Numbered from the stretch's first letter, positions 9,616-19,268 are shown. The stretch: DNA of 64,000 nt from an uncultured Eubacteriales bacterium (GCA_934432675.1 CAKRYT010000001.1:112874-176873), one strand, 5' to 3'. Translations and numbers: made by a program. The notes: generated from the letters alone by a model not told the origin.

Positions 9616-11102
9616 TCGGCAACTGACGCAAAGCGCAGGACCGCCGTCGGCATTTCGGGCGCGTCGATCGTTTCCGTAAAGCGCACTTGGCGCGTGGCGA
9701 TACCGGCGAGCGGTGCGGGGATGGCGACCCCTGTCTTCCCGGCGAGCAGGCTCTGTGCCGTGAGCCCGTCGGGGGCCGTCTCGTCGAAGAGGGAACGGTA
9801 AACGTCAAAGGCGAATTTATACGGGGAGGCCGTGGAGGCAACGAGAGTTTTTCTCTTTGCACCATGGTCTCTTTGATATTGTGCGACGGCACCGAGCGCG
9901 ACGGCGGTATGCGGGTCGGCGAGGTAATGCTCGTCCTCCCAGACGTGCCGCAGGGTCGCCCGCGTGCCTTCCTCGTCGGTGCAGTATCCGATAAAGGTTT
10001 TTTGGACGGCGGCGAGTTCCGACGGCGTCAGTTCGTAGCGACCGGTTTCGGCGAGAGAACGCATACAGGAGGCGGTTTTCTCATGTCCGAACAGCAGATA
10101 GAGCAGCCGTTCCAGGTTGGAAGAGATGAGAATATCCATAGAAGGCGACATCGTGGTGCGGAAGGCGCGGTTCCGGTCATAGACACCGGTCGTAAGGAAC
10201 TCGGTCAGAACGTTGTTTTCGTTGGAGGCGCAGATGAGTTTGTCAATCGGGAGCCCCATACGCTTGGCAAGATAGGCGGCAAAAATATTGCCGAAGTTGC
10301 CGGTCGGTACGCAGATGTCGATCGGCTCTCCGAGTTGGATGGCACCGTTTTTTACCATGTCGCAATAGGCTGACACGTAATAGACGATCTGCGGCGCAAG
10401 CCTGCCCCAGTTGATTGAGTTCGCGCTGGACAGAAACACGTGATACGTATCCAACGCCTGCCGCGTGCCTTCGTCGGCAAAGATGCGTTTCACACCGCTC
10501 TGTGCATCGTCAAAATTGCCGCGGATTGCCATGACGGAGACGTTGCCCCCGGTCTGCGTCATCATTTGCAGTTTTTGCACCTGTGAAACGCCGTCCACCG
10601 GGTAGAAAACCTGGATTTTGACGCCGGGGACGTCCCGGTAGCCTTCCAGTGCCGCCTTTCCCGTGTCACCGGAGGTCGCGACGAGGATCAGCGCGGTGCG
10701 GGTCTCTCCGGTCTTGGTCAGCGCACGGGAGAGCAGGCGGGGCATGATCTGCAACGCCATGTCCTTGAACGCGGCGGTCGGACCGTGCCAGAGTTCCAAC
10801 AGATAGGTACTGTCGTTCAGACGCCGGACGGGTGCCGCCCCGCCGGGGAAACGGCTTTCCGAATAGGCGGCCGAGCAGTCCGCCCGCAACTCATCCGTGG
10901 AGTAGTCCGTCAGATATTTGCCGAGTATGTACGCCGCGCGCGCCGCGTAACTCTTTGTGAGGAGCACTTCGATCTCTGCCAGGGTGAGGACGGGCACGTC
11001 CATCGGCATGTACAGCCCCCCGTCGGGAGACAGTCCTTCTTTGATGGCCTCCGCCGAGGAGACGGTGTGCGTGGAGGGAGTTCTGGTTCCGGTATATAAC
11101 AT
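9612..11102 (-). CDS. thrC: Threonine synthase (long form)
   Basis: PLP-lysine motif TAAFKD, TGNFGN, and a length of 496 aa. Confidence 0.92.
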   Translation of the reverse strand: MLYTGTRTPSTHTVSSAEAIKEGLSPDGGLYMPMDVPVLTLAEIEVLLTKSYAARAAYILGKYLTDYSTDELRADCSAAYSESRFPGGAAPVRRLNDSTYLLELWHGPTAAFKDMALQIMPRLLSRALTKTGETRTALILVATSGDTGKAALEGYRDVPGVKIQVFYPVDGVSQVQKLQMMTQTGGNVSVMAIRGNFDDAQSGVKRIFADEGTRQALDTYHVFLSSANSINWGRLAPQIVYYVSAYCDMVKNGAIQLGEPIDICVPTGNFGNIFAAYLAKRMGLPIDKLICASNENNVLTEFLTTGVYDRNRAFRTTMSPSMDILISSNLERLLYLLFGHEKTASCMRSLAETGRYELTPSELAAVQKTFIGYCTDEEGTRATLRHVWEDEHYLADPHTAVALGAVAQYQRDHGAKRKTLVASTASPYKFAFDVYRSLFDETAPDGLTAQSLLAGKTGVAIPAPLAGIATRQVRFTETIDAPEMPTAVLRFASVAD

Positions 11103-11113
11103 AGCGGTTTCCT

Positions 11114-12004
11114 TTACTTTTGATGGGGATGGAACAGGTACGCCCCGAGACGGTCGCCGGCGTTCCCGTAAAAGAATCGGTGTGTAAAATCTTCGCCGTA
11201 TCGTTCTCTTACGGCAGGGAGCAGAAGATCGTATAGATCCCGTGCGGAGGCAAAACCGCAGGCGAGACGATCCGTCCCGTCAAAGTCGCCCCCGATGGCG
11301 AGCGCATCGCGGAGCCCCAGGGAGATGCCGTGGTCGATGTGTGCGAAGAGGGCGGAGACATCCGGCATTCCGCCGGTGTGTGACGGGACGAGAGAAAGCC
11401 CGATGACACCGCCGGCGGCGACGAGCGCGCACGCCTCCTCGTCCGTCAGATTGCGCGGGTGCGGTGTAACGGCGAAGAAGTTGGAATGTGTGGCGAGTGG
11501 CGGCAGGCCCGCCGCGCGGGAGAGGTCGATGATGGCGCGCAGGGAAGCGCGTGAGGCGTGCGAAACATCGAGGAGCATTCCTCGCCGTGTCGCCTCCGAG
11601 AGAAGATGGCAACCGTCCTCGGTGAGCCCTGCCTCCGTGTCGTACGCACCGCCGAAACGGTTGACACCGCTCCAAAAGGGGGTCAATATGCGTACCCCGG
11701 CAAGTGCCGGATGGGAGAGGCGTGCAGCAGGATCCCCCGAGAGGATTCTCGCATCCTCTAAGGAAAACACGGTGCGGCAGGGGGCATCCGAGAGTTTTTC
11801 CGCCGCATCACGGCGCATGAGAAGCATGGCTTGCCACGCCTCCTCGTCCGTGAGTCGTTTGTCGGCCCAAAAGGCAAAACATACGACGGGTGCGTCCCAG
11901 GGGAGGAGCGTGGCCCTGTCGATATGGAGCGCGGGGTCGGAAAAAGGGCGTTCCTCGCGGAACATACGGTAAGGCGTATCGGCGTGTAAAATCCACAGAT
12001 TCAT
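11114..12004 (-). CDS. Peptidase M19 membrane dipeptidase family protein
   Basis: Pattern GLTEDG..LL.E..RRGMLLDVSHAS....THSNF....HPRNLTDEE...GGVIGLS, typical of M19. Confidence 0.75.
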   Translation of the reverse strand: MNLWILHADTPYRMFREERPFSDPALHIDRATLLPWDAPVVCFAFWADKRLTDEEAWQAMLLMRRDAAEKLSDAPCRTVFSLEDARILSGDPAARLSHPALAGVRILTPFWSGVNRFGGAYDTEAGLTEDGCHLLSEATRRGMLLDVSHASRASLRAIIDLSRAAGLPPLATHSNFFAVTPHPRNLTDEEACALVAAGGVIGLSLVPSHTGGMPDVSALFAHIDHGISLGLRDALAIGGDFDGTDRLACGFASARDLYDLLLPAVRERYGEDFTHRFFYGNAGDRLGAYLFHPHQK

Positions 12005-12035
12005 CAGTCATACCTCCGGCATGACAGGATATGTG

Positions 12036-12458
12036 TCAGGTACGAAAGGCGTCCTGCAAGTGGCGGACGGCGAGGACCCGCAGGGCATCGCCGGCAGGGT
12101 CCAGATAGACCTCCACAATATCAAACTGTATGGCCTTTCGGGTCGGGTGCGCCGCCGTGTAACGCCTGGCGGCGTTCAGTATATGGCGACGTTTGTCCGA
12201 CGTGACCGCCGCCATCGGCGTGCCGAAACGGCTATCGCCCCCCGGCAGTTGTCGTCTGGTCTTGACCTCGATAAAGCGGCGTGTCTTGCGATCCTCTGCC
12301 ACGAGATCGAGTTCTTCACGCCCCTCGTACTGCACGTTGCGCGCACGGATGCGGAAGCCGTTTTGCCTCAGGTAGGCGGCGGCTTGTTCCTCACCGTAGT
12401 CACCGGTACGCCGCGCCGGGGCTTTTGCCACCGCCTTTCGGCGAAACAGTCCGAACAT
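12036..12458 (-). CDS. yraN: YraN family (UPF0102) endonuclease-like protein
   Basis: Pattern GEEQAAAYLRQNGFRI.ARN......ELDLVAED......FIEVKTRR, plus synteny with rnhB. Confidence 0.8.
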   Translation of the reverse strand: MFGLFRRKAVAKAPARRTGDYGEEQAAAYLRQNGFRIRARNVQYEGREELDLVAEDRKTRRFIEVKTRRQLPGGDSRFGTPMAAVTSDKRRHILNAARRYTAAHPTRKAIQFDIVEVYLDPAGDALRVLAVRHLQDAFRT

Positions 12459-12459
12459 A

Positions 12460-13059
12460 TCAGGTGTCGAGGAATTTCAGAAAGGTCTTACGGTGGATCG
12501 GGCAGGGACCGTACGCGCGCAGGGCGGCTATATGTTCTGCCGTGCCGTAACCTTTGTGTTTGGCGAATCCGTAGGCAGGGTACTGCTCATCGTCCAGAAG
12601 GCAAAGACGGTCCCGCGTGACCTTGGCGAGTATGCTCGCCGCGGCGACGGACATGGAGAGGAAATCCCCCTTGACGATGGCGCGCGCGGGGATGGGATAG
12701 TCACGGATGCAGTTCCCGTCCACGAGGGCATAGTCCGCCGGCGTTTTCAGGGCGGCAATGGCGCGCCGCATGGCGAGCATCGTGGCATTCAGAATGTTGA
12801 TCTCGTCGATTTCCTCCGGAGTGGCGAGCCCGACGGCGAAGTCCTCGGCTCTCTCCATCACGAGATCGTAGAGTTGATCGCGCTTTTTAGGCGACAGTTT
12901 TTTGGAGTCGTTGAGTCCCGGTATCTCCGTCCCGGGGGCGAGCACGCATGCCGCCGCCACCACGGGGCCCGAGAGGGGACCGCGCCCCGCCTCGTCAACA
13001 CCGCAGATATGCAGATAACCGTTGTCACGGGCGGCGAGTTCAAAGGAATAGTCCGGCAT
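12460..13059 (-). CDS. rnhB: Ribonuclease HII
   Basis: Motif GVDEAGRGPL.GPVVAAA, and a C-terminal KHKGYGT. Confidence 0.95.
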   Translation of the reverse strand: MPDYSFELAARDNGYLHICGVDEAGRGPLSGPVVAAACVLAPGTEIPGLNDSKKLSPKKRDQLYDLVMERAEDFAVGLATPEEIDEINILNATMLAMRRAIAALKTPADYALVDGNCIRDYPIPARAIVKGDFLSMSVAAASILAKVTRDRLCLLDDEQYPAYGFAKHKGYGTAEHIAALRAYGPCPIHRKTFLKFLDT

Positions 13060-13061
13060 CG

Positions 13062-13937
13062 TCAGAGCTCTCCTTTCGGTTTTTCAAGGGAGATGCGCCC
13101 GATCGTACCGGAGCGGAATTCGTCGAGCAGCATTTCGGCCGTGCGGCGGAAGTTGACGGCACCGCCCGCCATGAGAAATCCGCGCTTTCGACCGATGAGT
13201 TCGGTCAGATCGTAGGCATCCAGTGCCTCAAATTCCCCGGGGGTGAGCCGGTAGCGCGCCGCGAGCAGGTCGGGCGCGACCTCGGCGAGGCGACCGGCGA
13301 GGATCATGGCGACCTCTTCCACGTCGAGGATCTGGTCGCGGATGGCACCCGTTGCGGCGAGATTTTCGCCGACGCGTTTTTCATCGAATTTGGGCCACAG
13401 CACACCCGGCATGTCGAGGAGTGAAAGCCCGATGTCGGTCGAGACCCATTGTTTCGTCAGGGTAACACCCGGGCGGTTTTCCACTTTGGCGTGTTTACCG
13501 CCGGCGAGGCGGTTGATAAGCGAAGATTTCCCGACGTTGGGGATTCCGACGATCATGGCTTTGAGCCTTCGTCCTTCCATGCCGCGCTCGCGGTAACGGG
13601 TGATCTTGTCGGCGAGCACCTCGCGCACGGTGTTTTTGAGATCCGCGATGCCTTCGCCCGTCAGGCAGTCAATCGCCACACACGCATTCATGTGCGTGCG
13701 GTACCGGCGGCACCAGTCGGCGGTGGTGCCCGGGTCGGCGAGCGATGCTTTGTTCAGGATCGTGACGATCGGTTTTTCACCGACGATTTTTTTGATCTCC
13801 GGGTTTTTGGAACTGTACGGGATCCGTGCATCAAGGAGTTCGAGCACGATATCCACGTCGGGCAAAGACTCTTTCATGAGCCGCCGCGTTTTTGCCATGT
13901 GCCCCGGAAACCACTGAATCTGTTTAATATCCGGCAT
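13062..13937 (-). CDS. rbgA: Ribosome biogenesis GTPase A (YlqF/RbgA)
   Basis: Circularly permuted GTPase: NKASLAD (NKxD) precedes the P-loop GIPNVGKSSLINRL. Confidence 0.93.
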   Translation of the reverse strand: MPDIKQIQWFPGHMAKTRRLMKESLPDVDIVLELLDARIPYSSKNPEIKKIVGEKPIVTILNKASLADPGTTADWCRRYRTHMNACVAIDCLTGEGIADLKNTVREVLADKITRYRERGMEGRRLKAMIVGIPNVGKSSLINRLAGGKHAKVENRPGVTLTKQWVSTDIGLSLLDMPGVLWPKFDEKRVGENLAATGAIRDQILDVEEVAMILAGRLAEVAPDLLAARYRLTPGEFEALDAYDLTELIGRKRGFLMAGGAVNFRRTAEMLLDEFRSGTIGRISLEKPKGEL

Positions 13938-14626
13938 CAGTCAAGCCCTCCGAAACGGGAGATAGGCAGAATACGCAGGACCGCGTGCCCGAGAATACAG
14001 TCTTCGCTGATGGCACCGAATACGCGACTGTCGAGGGAGTTGAACCGGTTGTCCCCCATGACGAAACACTCTTTTTCTCCCACTTCGTAGAGGTAGTAGA
14101 TACCGTTTTCGTCCGAGCGGGGGTCCATGACCGATACTTTGTAGTAATCGTTACGCACCCCATACAACAGTTCGTTGTTTTTGGTGAGGTAGTCCGGCCC
14201 CTCTGCCACGAGTACCCCGTCCACCGAAACGCCCGCGGCATCGATGCGGACGGTTTGCCCCGTGGTGGCAATCACGCGCTTGATGAGCGGCTCATTGAGA
14301 CCGGTTTCCTCATAACTTTCGAATACGACGATGTCTCCGACCGACGGTTTGTAGAAAACATCCGTGATGATCAGGTGTTCGTTGTTTTTCAGCGTCGGCT
14401 CCATCGAGTCGCCGTCCACTACGGTGTGCCGGAACAGGAACAAGGCGGCGAAGAGCAGGATGCAGACGGTGATAACGACGAGTTCCACATATTCAAAGAA
14501 TACCCCCGCCATGAGGAAATTGCGTTTGGAACGGAGGGAACGGGGGGCTTTCGGCGGCTCCTCCGGTGACACTTCCGGGAAGAATGTGCCCCCGTTTTCA
14601 AAATCGGACATATCGGTCTCCTTCAC
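13937..14626 (-). CDS. lepB: Signal peptidase I
   Basis: An N-terminal TM segment followed by the GDSMEPTL catalytic Ser motif. Confidence 0.9.
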   Translation of the reverse strand: MKETDMSDFENGGTFFPEVSPEEPPKAPRSLRSKRNFLMAGVFFEYVELVVITVCILLFAALFLFRHTVVDGDSMEPTLKNNEHLIITDVFYKPSVGDIVVFESYEETGLNEPLIKRVIATTGQTVRIDAAGVSVDGVLVAEGPDYLTKNNELLYGVRNDYYKVSVMDPRSDENGIYYLYEVGEKECFVMGDNRFNSLDSRVFGAISEDCILGHAVLRILPISRFGGLD

Positions 14627-15834
14627 GACTGTGCAAACAGCATCCCCATAAGGGCTGTGCCGTCCGGCAGATATAGTTGCGCCCTACGGGCGGTTTCTTC
14701 GGTAAGGTGGTGCACGCCGCGATGACGGCCGGTGCTGTCATAGAGCAGAAAGGGAACGGGCTCTTCCGAGTGGGTACGCAGAGTGATGGGCGTGGGGTGG
14801 TCGGGGAGCAGCAGGATGCGGAACGGCTCGTCACCCTCCCGCAGAAAACGGCAGAGGGGAGCCAGGATCTCACCGTCAATGTGTTCGATGGACTGCACCT
14901 TTCCACGGGCATCACCCTGATGCCCGCATTCATCCGGGGCCTCTACGTGTACGTAGACCATGTCCTGCCCGCGGCGGAAAGCATCCGCGGCGGCCTCCGC
15001 TTTCCCGCGGTAGTTGGTATGGAGATTACCGGTCGCACCGGGGACATCGACCGATTCCATCCCCGCGCAGAGCGCGATGCCCTTGATGAGATCGACGGCA
15101 GAGATAACGGTGGCTTTTTTGCCCCATTTTTCCGCGAAGGAGGGGAGGGCAGGCTTTTTCCCGGGGCTCCACAGCCAGATCGAGTTGGCAACGTGCTGCC
15201 CGCGGGCGCGGCGCGCCTCATTGACGGGGTGATGATTCAGAATATCGTAACTCTTCTTTTGCAGTTCGAGGAATGCACGCCCCTCATCGCCCCCCGGCAG
15301 ATAGGAGCCGACCCTGCGCCCGAGGATGTCGTGCGGGCGCGCAAAGGGATAGGAGTCGGGGGCACCGCGCCAGAGCAGGCAGTGCCGATAACTGACACCG
15401 GTATGAAAGCGACGGTCTTTCGTGCCGAGGGCGGCATCCAGCGCACGGATCAACTCCCGTGCCTCCTCCGTCGTGATTTCTCCCGAGGAGTGGTCGAGCA
15501 TGGTTTTCTCCTCATACGGCCCGTCGTCGGTCAGTGTGACGAGGTTGCAGCGCAGGGCAGTGTCTTCCGGGGCCATCGTGAGCCCCATGGAAACGGCTTC
15601 CAGGGGAGAACGCCCTTTGGAATAGACGCGGGGATTATACGAGAGAATCGCGAGGTTTGCCGTATCGCTTTCGGGCACCATGCCGGCGGGGACGTTGAGG
15701 ACGGTGCCGATGAGGGCGTCCGCCGACAGGTTGTCCATCGCGGGGGTGCACGCGACCTCCATCGGCGTCCGACCGCCGAGTTCCGGTACGGGGCGATCCG
15801 CCATACCGTCGTAGACAATGACGAGTGATTTCAT
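14623..15834 (-). CDS. apgM: Cofactor-independent phosphoglycerate mutase, archaeal ApgM-type (the 'proposed homoserine kinase' family)
   Basis: Alkaline-phosphatase-superfamily pattern (MKSLVIVYDGMADRP..., HVEAPDECGHQGD). I chose the start at the internal ATG 15834, which has SD GGAG 7 nt upstream. Confidence 0.8.
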   Translation of the reverse strand: MKSLVIVYDGMADRPVPELGGRTPMEVACTPAMDNLSADALIGTVLNVPAGMVPESDTANLAILSYNPRVYSKGRSPLEAVSMGLTMAPEDTALRCNLVTLTDDGPYEEKTMLDHSSGEITTEEARELIRALDAALGTKDRRFHTGVSYRHCLLWRGAPDSYPFARPHDILGRRVGSYLPGGDEGRAFLELQKKSYDILNHHPVNEARRARGQHVANSIWLWSPGKKPALPSFAEKWGKKATVISAVDLIKGIALCAGMESVDVPGATGNLHTNYRGKAEAAADAFRRGQDMVYVHVEAPDECGHQGDARGKVQSIEHIDGEILAPLCRFLREGDEPFRILLLPDHPTPITLRTHSEEPVPFLLYDSTGRHRGVHHLTEETARRAQLYLPDGTALMGMLFAQS

Positions 15835-15941
15835 AGGGGGTGTCTCCGAAAAAAATGTATCCTCTATATAATAACACATATGCCGGGGAATTACAACGGC
15901 GGATCCTTCGTAAAAAACAGAAAACTTTTTTGCATTCCCTC

Positions 15942-15970
15942 TTGATTTTTGTCAAAAATGCCGTTATAAT
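15942..15970 (+). promoter_or_regulatory. Sigma-A promoter for rplS
   Basis: TTGATT, a 17-nt spacer, then TATAAT. This leaves a 5' UTR of about 78 nt before the rplS ATG. Confidence 0.65.
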
Positions 15971-16054
15971 AGGATGCGTCGTGTCAAAGCGGCGAGTAGG
16001 ACAGTCCTCTGCAACTCGGTACGAATGTCCGATATTTTTAAGGAGGGTCTCACA

Positions 16055-16396
16055 ATGGATAAGATTGAGGCTTTTGTAAACGAGCAACTCAAGGAAAACG
16101 TCCCTGAGTTCAATGTTGGCGATACCGTTCGGGTACACAACAGAATCAAGGAAGGTGCCAAGACCAGAATTCAGATGTATGAAGGCACGGTCATCGCGAA
16201 GCGCGGCGGCGGGATCTCTGCCACCTTTACCGTAAGACGTGTTTCTTACGGTTGCGGCGTTGAAAAAACCTTCCCGATCCACTCTCCCAATGTAGAGAAG
16301 GTAGAGGTTATCCGCCGCGGCTCCGTCCGTCGCGCAAAGCTCTTCTATCTGCGTGACAGAGTTGGTAAGGCCGCGAAGGTTAAAGAGAAGATCTGA
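16055..16396 (+). CDS. rplS: 50S ribosomal protein L19
   Basis: Sequence [33 protein letters not shown]...[15 protein letters not shown] aaggaggg lies upstream of the ATG at 16055. Confidence 0.96.
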   Translation: MDKIEAFVNEQLKENVPEFNVGDTVRVHNRIKEGAKTRIQMYEGTVIAKRGGGISATFTVRRVSYGCGVEKTFPIHSPNVEKVEVIRRGSVRRAKLFYLRDRVGKAAKVKEKI

Positions 16397-16414
16397 TTCT
16401 TCCGTCGGCAAATA

Positions 16415-16452
16415 GAAAACGACCGCTGCTCTGTCAGCGGTCGTTTTCTGTT
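16415..16452 (+). terminator. Terminator after rplS
   Basis: Stem gaaaacgaccgctg / cagcggtcgttttc, followed by a T-rich tail. Confidence 0.8.
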
Positions 16453-16484
16453 CCGGAGGGTCCTATGTATCGGCGACGCGGCGG

Positions 16485-16823
16485 TTACGCCATGCGTTCG
16501 GGGAGTTTGGCACCTCCGAGCAGGTGGAAATGCAGGTGGCGGACGGACTGACAGCCGTCTTCACCGACGTTGGTGATGACGCGGTAACCGTTTCGGAGCC
16601 CGAGTGCCTTTGCCACCTCGGGGATTGCCTCCATGACGCGGCGGACGATCTCGCTGTTTTCCGGGGTTACCTCATCGACGGAGGCAATGTGTTTTTTCGG
16701 CACGATCAGGACGTGGACGGGTGCTTGCGGCTGTATGTCGCGAAAGGCGAATACGGCATCGTTTTCGTACACTTTGGCGGACGGGATCTCTCCCGCGATG
16801 ATCTTACAAAACAGGCAATCCAT
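16485..16823 (-). CDS. HIT family (histidine triad) nucleotide-binding protein
   Basis: Motifs CLFCKII.GEIP and HLHFHLLGG (HxHxHxx). Confidence 0.92.
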   Translation of the reverse strand: MDCLFCKIIAGEIPSAKVYENDAVFAFRDIQPQAPVHVLIVPKKHIASVDEVTPENSEIVRRVMEAIPEVAKALGLRNGYRVITNVGEDGCQSVRHLHFHLLGGAKLPERMA

Positions 16824-16894
16824 GATTGTTTACCTCACTTTTTGATTTACACATAGTGTAGCACACACCGGTCGGTGTTGCAAGGGGAGGATGT

Positions 16895-18013
16895 ATGAAG
16901 TCCTATTTTTTACCGCCCCCGGGCGGCACCGCGGACGTGTGGACCCGTCTGCAAGACGAGACGCGCCCCATCGTCGTGTGGGGTATGGGCAACGGCGCGG
17001 ATAAACTGCTCCGTGTCTTCGCGGAGCGGGGGATCACCGCCGCGGATTTCGTCGCATCGGACGGATTCGTGCGCGGACAGTCGTTTCACGGGCGGCGCGT
17101 ACTTTCCTTTGCCGAGATGCGGGGAAAATATGTGTCTCCGGTGCTCGTCATGGCTTTCGGCACCTCGCGCCCCGAGGTTCTCTCGTGCGTCGCACGGACG
17201 GCGCGCGAGTTTCCGCTCCTGATTCCTGACCTTCCGGTGGCAGGGGAGGGGCTTTTCGATACGGAGTATTACCGGACCCACGAGGCGGCGTTTCGCATCG
17301 TGTGTGACCGCCTGGCGGATGAAACTTCGCGCTCTCTGTATGCCGCACTTGTCATCGGCAAACTTACGGGGGACTACGAGGTCCTCGCGGATGCGTGGAC
17401 GGACGGGGCGGAAACGGCGGAACTCCTCGGTGTTACAAAAATAAAAACATATATAGACGTCGGTGCCTACCGCGGAGACACGCTTGCGGAGCTGATCGGG
17501 CTGGGAGCACCGCTGACGCACGCCTTGTGCGTAGAGCCGGATGCGAGAAACTTCCTGAAATTGGAGCAAATGGCGGCTTTGCTTGCCCCGGTTTCGGTCA
17601 CCTGCGTCAATGCCGCGGCATGGGACCGGGAGGGGATGGGGTGCTTTTTCGGCAGCGGCAACCGCAATGCGTCCCTCTGCAACGCATCTTTCGAGAATCG
17701 ACCGGCAGACACGCGTCTTGCCACCATCGACACCCTGGCGGGAGGGCTCATACCCGACTACATCAAATACGATACCGAGGGGGCGGAGGTGCCAGGACTT
17801 CTGGGCACCGCGCTGACGATTTGCCGGGCAAGACCGAAACTGCGCGTGGCGGCCTATCACCGCACGGAGGACCTTATCCGCCTGCCGCAGTTGCTCACGG
17901 AGCTTTGCCCCGATTACTCGCTTTATCTGCGGCGCAAACGATGCCTCCCTGCTTGGGAGACGGATATCATTGCCCTACCGAAGGGAGGAATGACGATACA
18001 TGAAACCACTTGA
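16895..18013 (+). CDS. FkbM family SAM-dependent methyltransferase with an N-terminal Rossmann-like extension
   Basis: Central pattern YIDVGAYRGDT....(FkbM-type) ...IKYDTEGAE. The 3' end overlaps the next gene by 14 nt. Confidence 0.7.
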   Translation: MKSYFLPPPGGTADVWTRLQDETRPIVVWGMGNGADKLLRVFAERGITAADFVASDGFVRGQSFHGRRVLSFAEMRGKYVSPVLVMAFGTSRPEVLSCVARTAREFPLLIPDLPVAGEGLFDTEYYRTHEAAFRIVCDRLADETSRSLYAALVIGKLTGDYEVLADAWTDGAETAELLGVTKIKTYIDVGAYRGDTLAELIGLGAPLTHALCVEPDARNFLKLEQMAALLAPVSVTCVNAAAWDREGMGCFFGSGNRNASLCNASFENRPADTRLATIDTLAGGLIPDYIKYDTEGAEVPGLLGTALTICRARPKLRVAAYHRTEDLIRLPQLLTELCPDYSLYLRRKRCLPAWETDIIALPKGGMTIHETT

Positions 18014-19268
18014 AGGAAAACGGCCGGAACTGCTTTCTCCGGCAGGGAATTTTGAAAAGATGGAGGCGGCGATCCGCTACGGTGCGGACGCGGTCTATCT
18101 CGCGGGCAAGGCCTTCGGGATGCGGTCCGCCGCGGATAATTTTGGCGATGGAGAACTCGCCGATGCCATCCGCTACGCGCATGAACGGAAGGTGCGGGTC
18201 TACGTGACGGTCAACACCGCACCGCGCGATGCGGAGTATCCCGCGCTCGCCGCTTATCTGCGTCGCCTCGGCGAACTGGCACCCGACGCGCTCATCGTGG
18301 CGGATCTCGGTGTGTTTTCGCTCTGTCGCGAATTGCTCCCCGATATGGAACTCCATGTATCGACGCAAGCGAACAGTGTCTCGGCGGCGGATGTGCGTGC
18401 GTGGGGGCGGCTCGGGGCGAAACGCGTCGTGCTGTCGCGCGAGTTGACGCTGGATGAGATCCGCGCCATTCGTCGGGAGGTCCCCGCGGAAACGGAACTC
18501 GAATGTTTCATTCACGGCTCCATGTGCATTTCATACAGCGGCAGATGCCTTCTTTCCAATTACCTCTGCGGGCGGGATGCCAACCACGGTGCCTGCGCCC
18601 AGCCCTGCCGCTGGGAATACAGGATCCGCCCTGCGGCGTATGAACTCATCGAGCGTGAACGCCCCGATCTCCCCATCCCGATTGAGGAGGAGGCAGGGGA
18701 GACCTTCGTCATGTCCAGCCGCGATCTTTCGATGATCGCCCACGTACCGGAACTGATTGACGCGGGCGTAGCATCTTTCAAAATTGAGGGACGCATGAAG
18801 AGTGCTTATTATACCGCCGTTGTCACGAATGCGTATCGCATGGCGATCGACGCGGCCCTCCGCGGTGACCGCTCGGTAGACCCGCTCTGGCTGCGTGAAC
18901 TCGACAGCGTGTCGCATCGCGAGTATGATACCGGCTATTTTTACACCGATGTCCGTTCCGAGGCACTCACCTGCAAAAAGAGCGGTTACATCCGCGAGAA
19001 GGCGTATCTCGCCACAGTCCTCGCCTACGATGAGGCGACCGGGGAGGCTAAGTGCATACAACGGAACAAGGTCTCCGTCGGGGACACGGTGGAGTTGCTC
19101 ACCCCCGGGAAAGCGGGGCAGGGGTTTTTGTGCGAGCATCTGTTCGATGAGGCACACGAGGCGATCGTTTCCACGCCGCATCCTGCAATGATCTACTACC
19201 TGCCGGTACCTTTCCCGGTGCGACCGGGCGATATTCTCCGCGGCGGGGATCCCGCCCCCGGGCGATAA
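18000..19268 (+). CDS. Peptidase U32 family protein (YrrO/TrhP-like prephenate-dependent RNA hydroxylase family)
   Basis: N-terminus KPELLSPAGNFEKMEAAIRYGADAVYLAG. At 422 aa it is the same length class as B. subtilis YrrO. The Cys-rich segment FIHGSMCISYSGRCLLS is present. Confidence 0.85.
   Translation: MKPLEGKRPELLSPAGNFEKMEAAIRYGADAVYLAGKAFGMRSAADNFGDGELADAIRYAHERKVRVYVTVNTAPRDAEYPALAAYLRRLGELAPDALIVADLGVFSLCRELLPDMELHVSTQANSVSAADVRAWGRLGAKRVVLSRELTLDEIRAIRREVPAETELECFIHGSMCISYSGRCLLSNYLCGRDANHGACAQPCRWEYRIRPAAYELIERERPDLPIPIEEEAGETFVMSSRDLSMIAHVPELIDAGVASFKIEGRMKSAYYTAVVTNAYRMAIDAALRGDRSVDPLWLRELDSVSHREYDTGYFYTDVRSEALTCKKSGYIREKAYLATVLAYDEATGEAKCIQRNKVSVGDTVELLTPGKAGQGFLCEHLFDEAHEAIVSTPHPAMIYYLPVPFPVRPGDILRGGDPAPGR

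Noticed and set aside
15635-16411. 258-aa minus-strand ORF
   Set aside because: It is antisense to rplS and its promoter/leader, and overlaps the apgM 5' end out of frame. There is no supporting motif.
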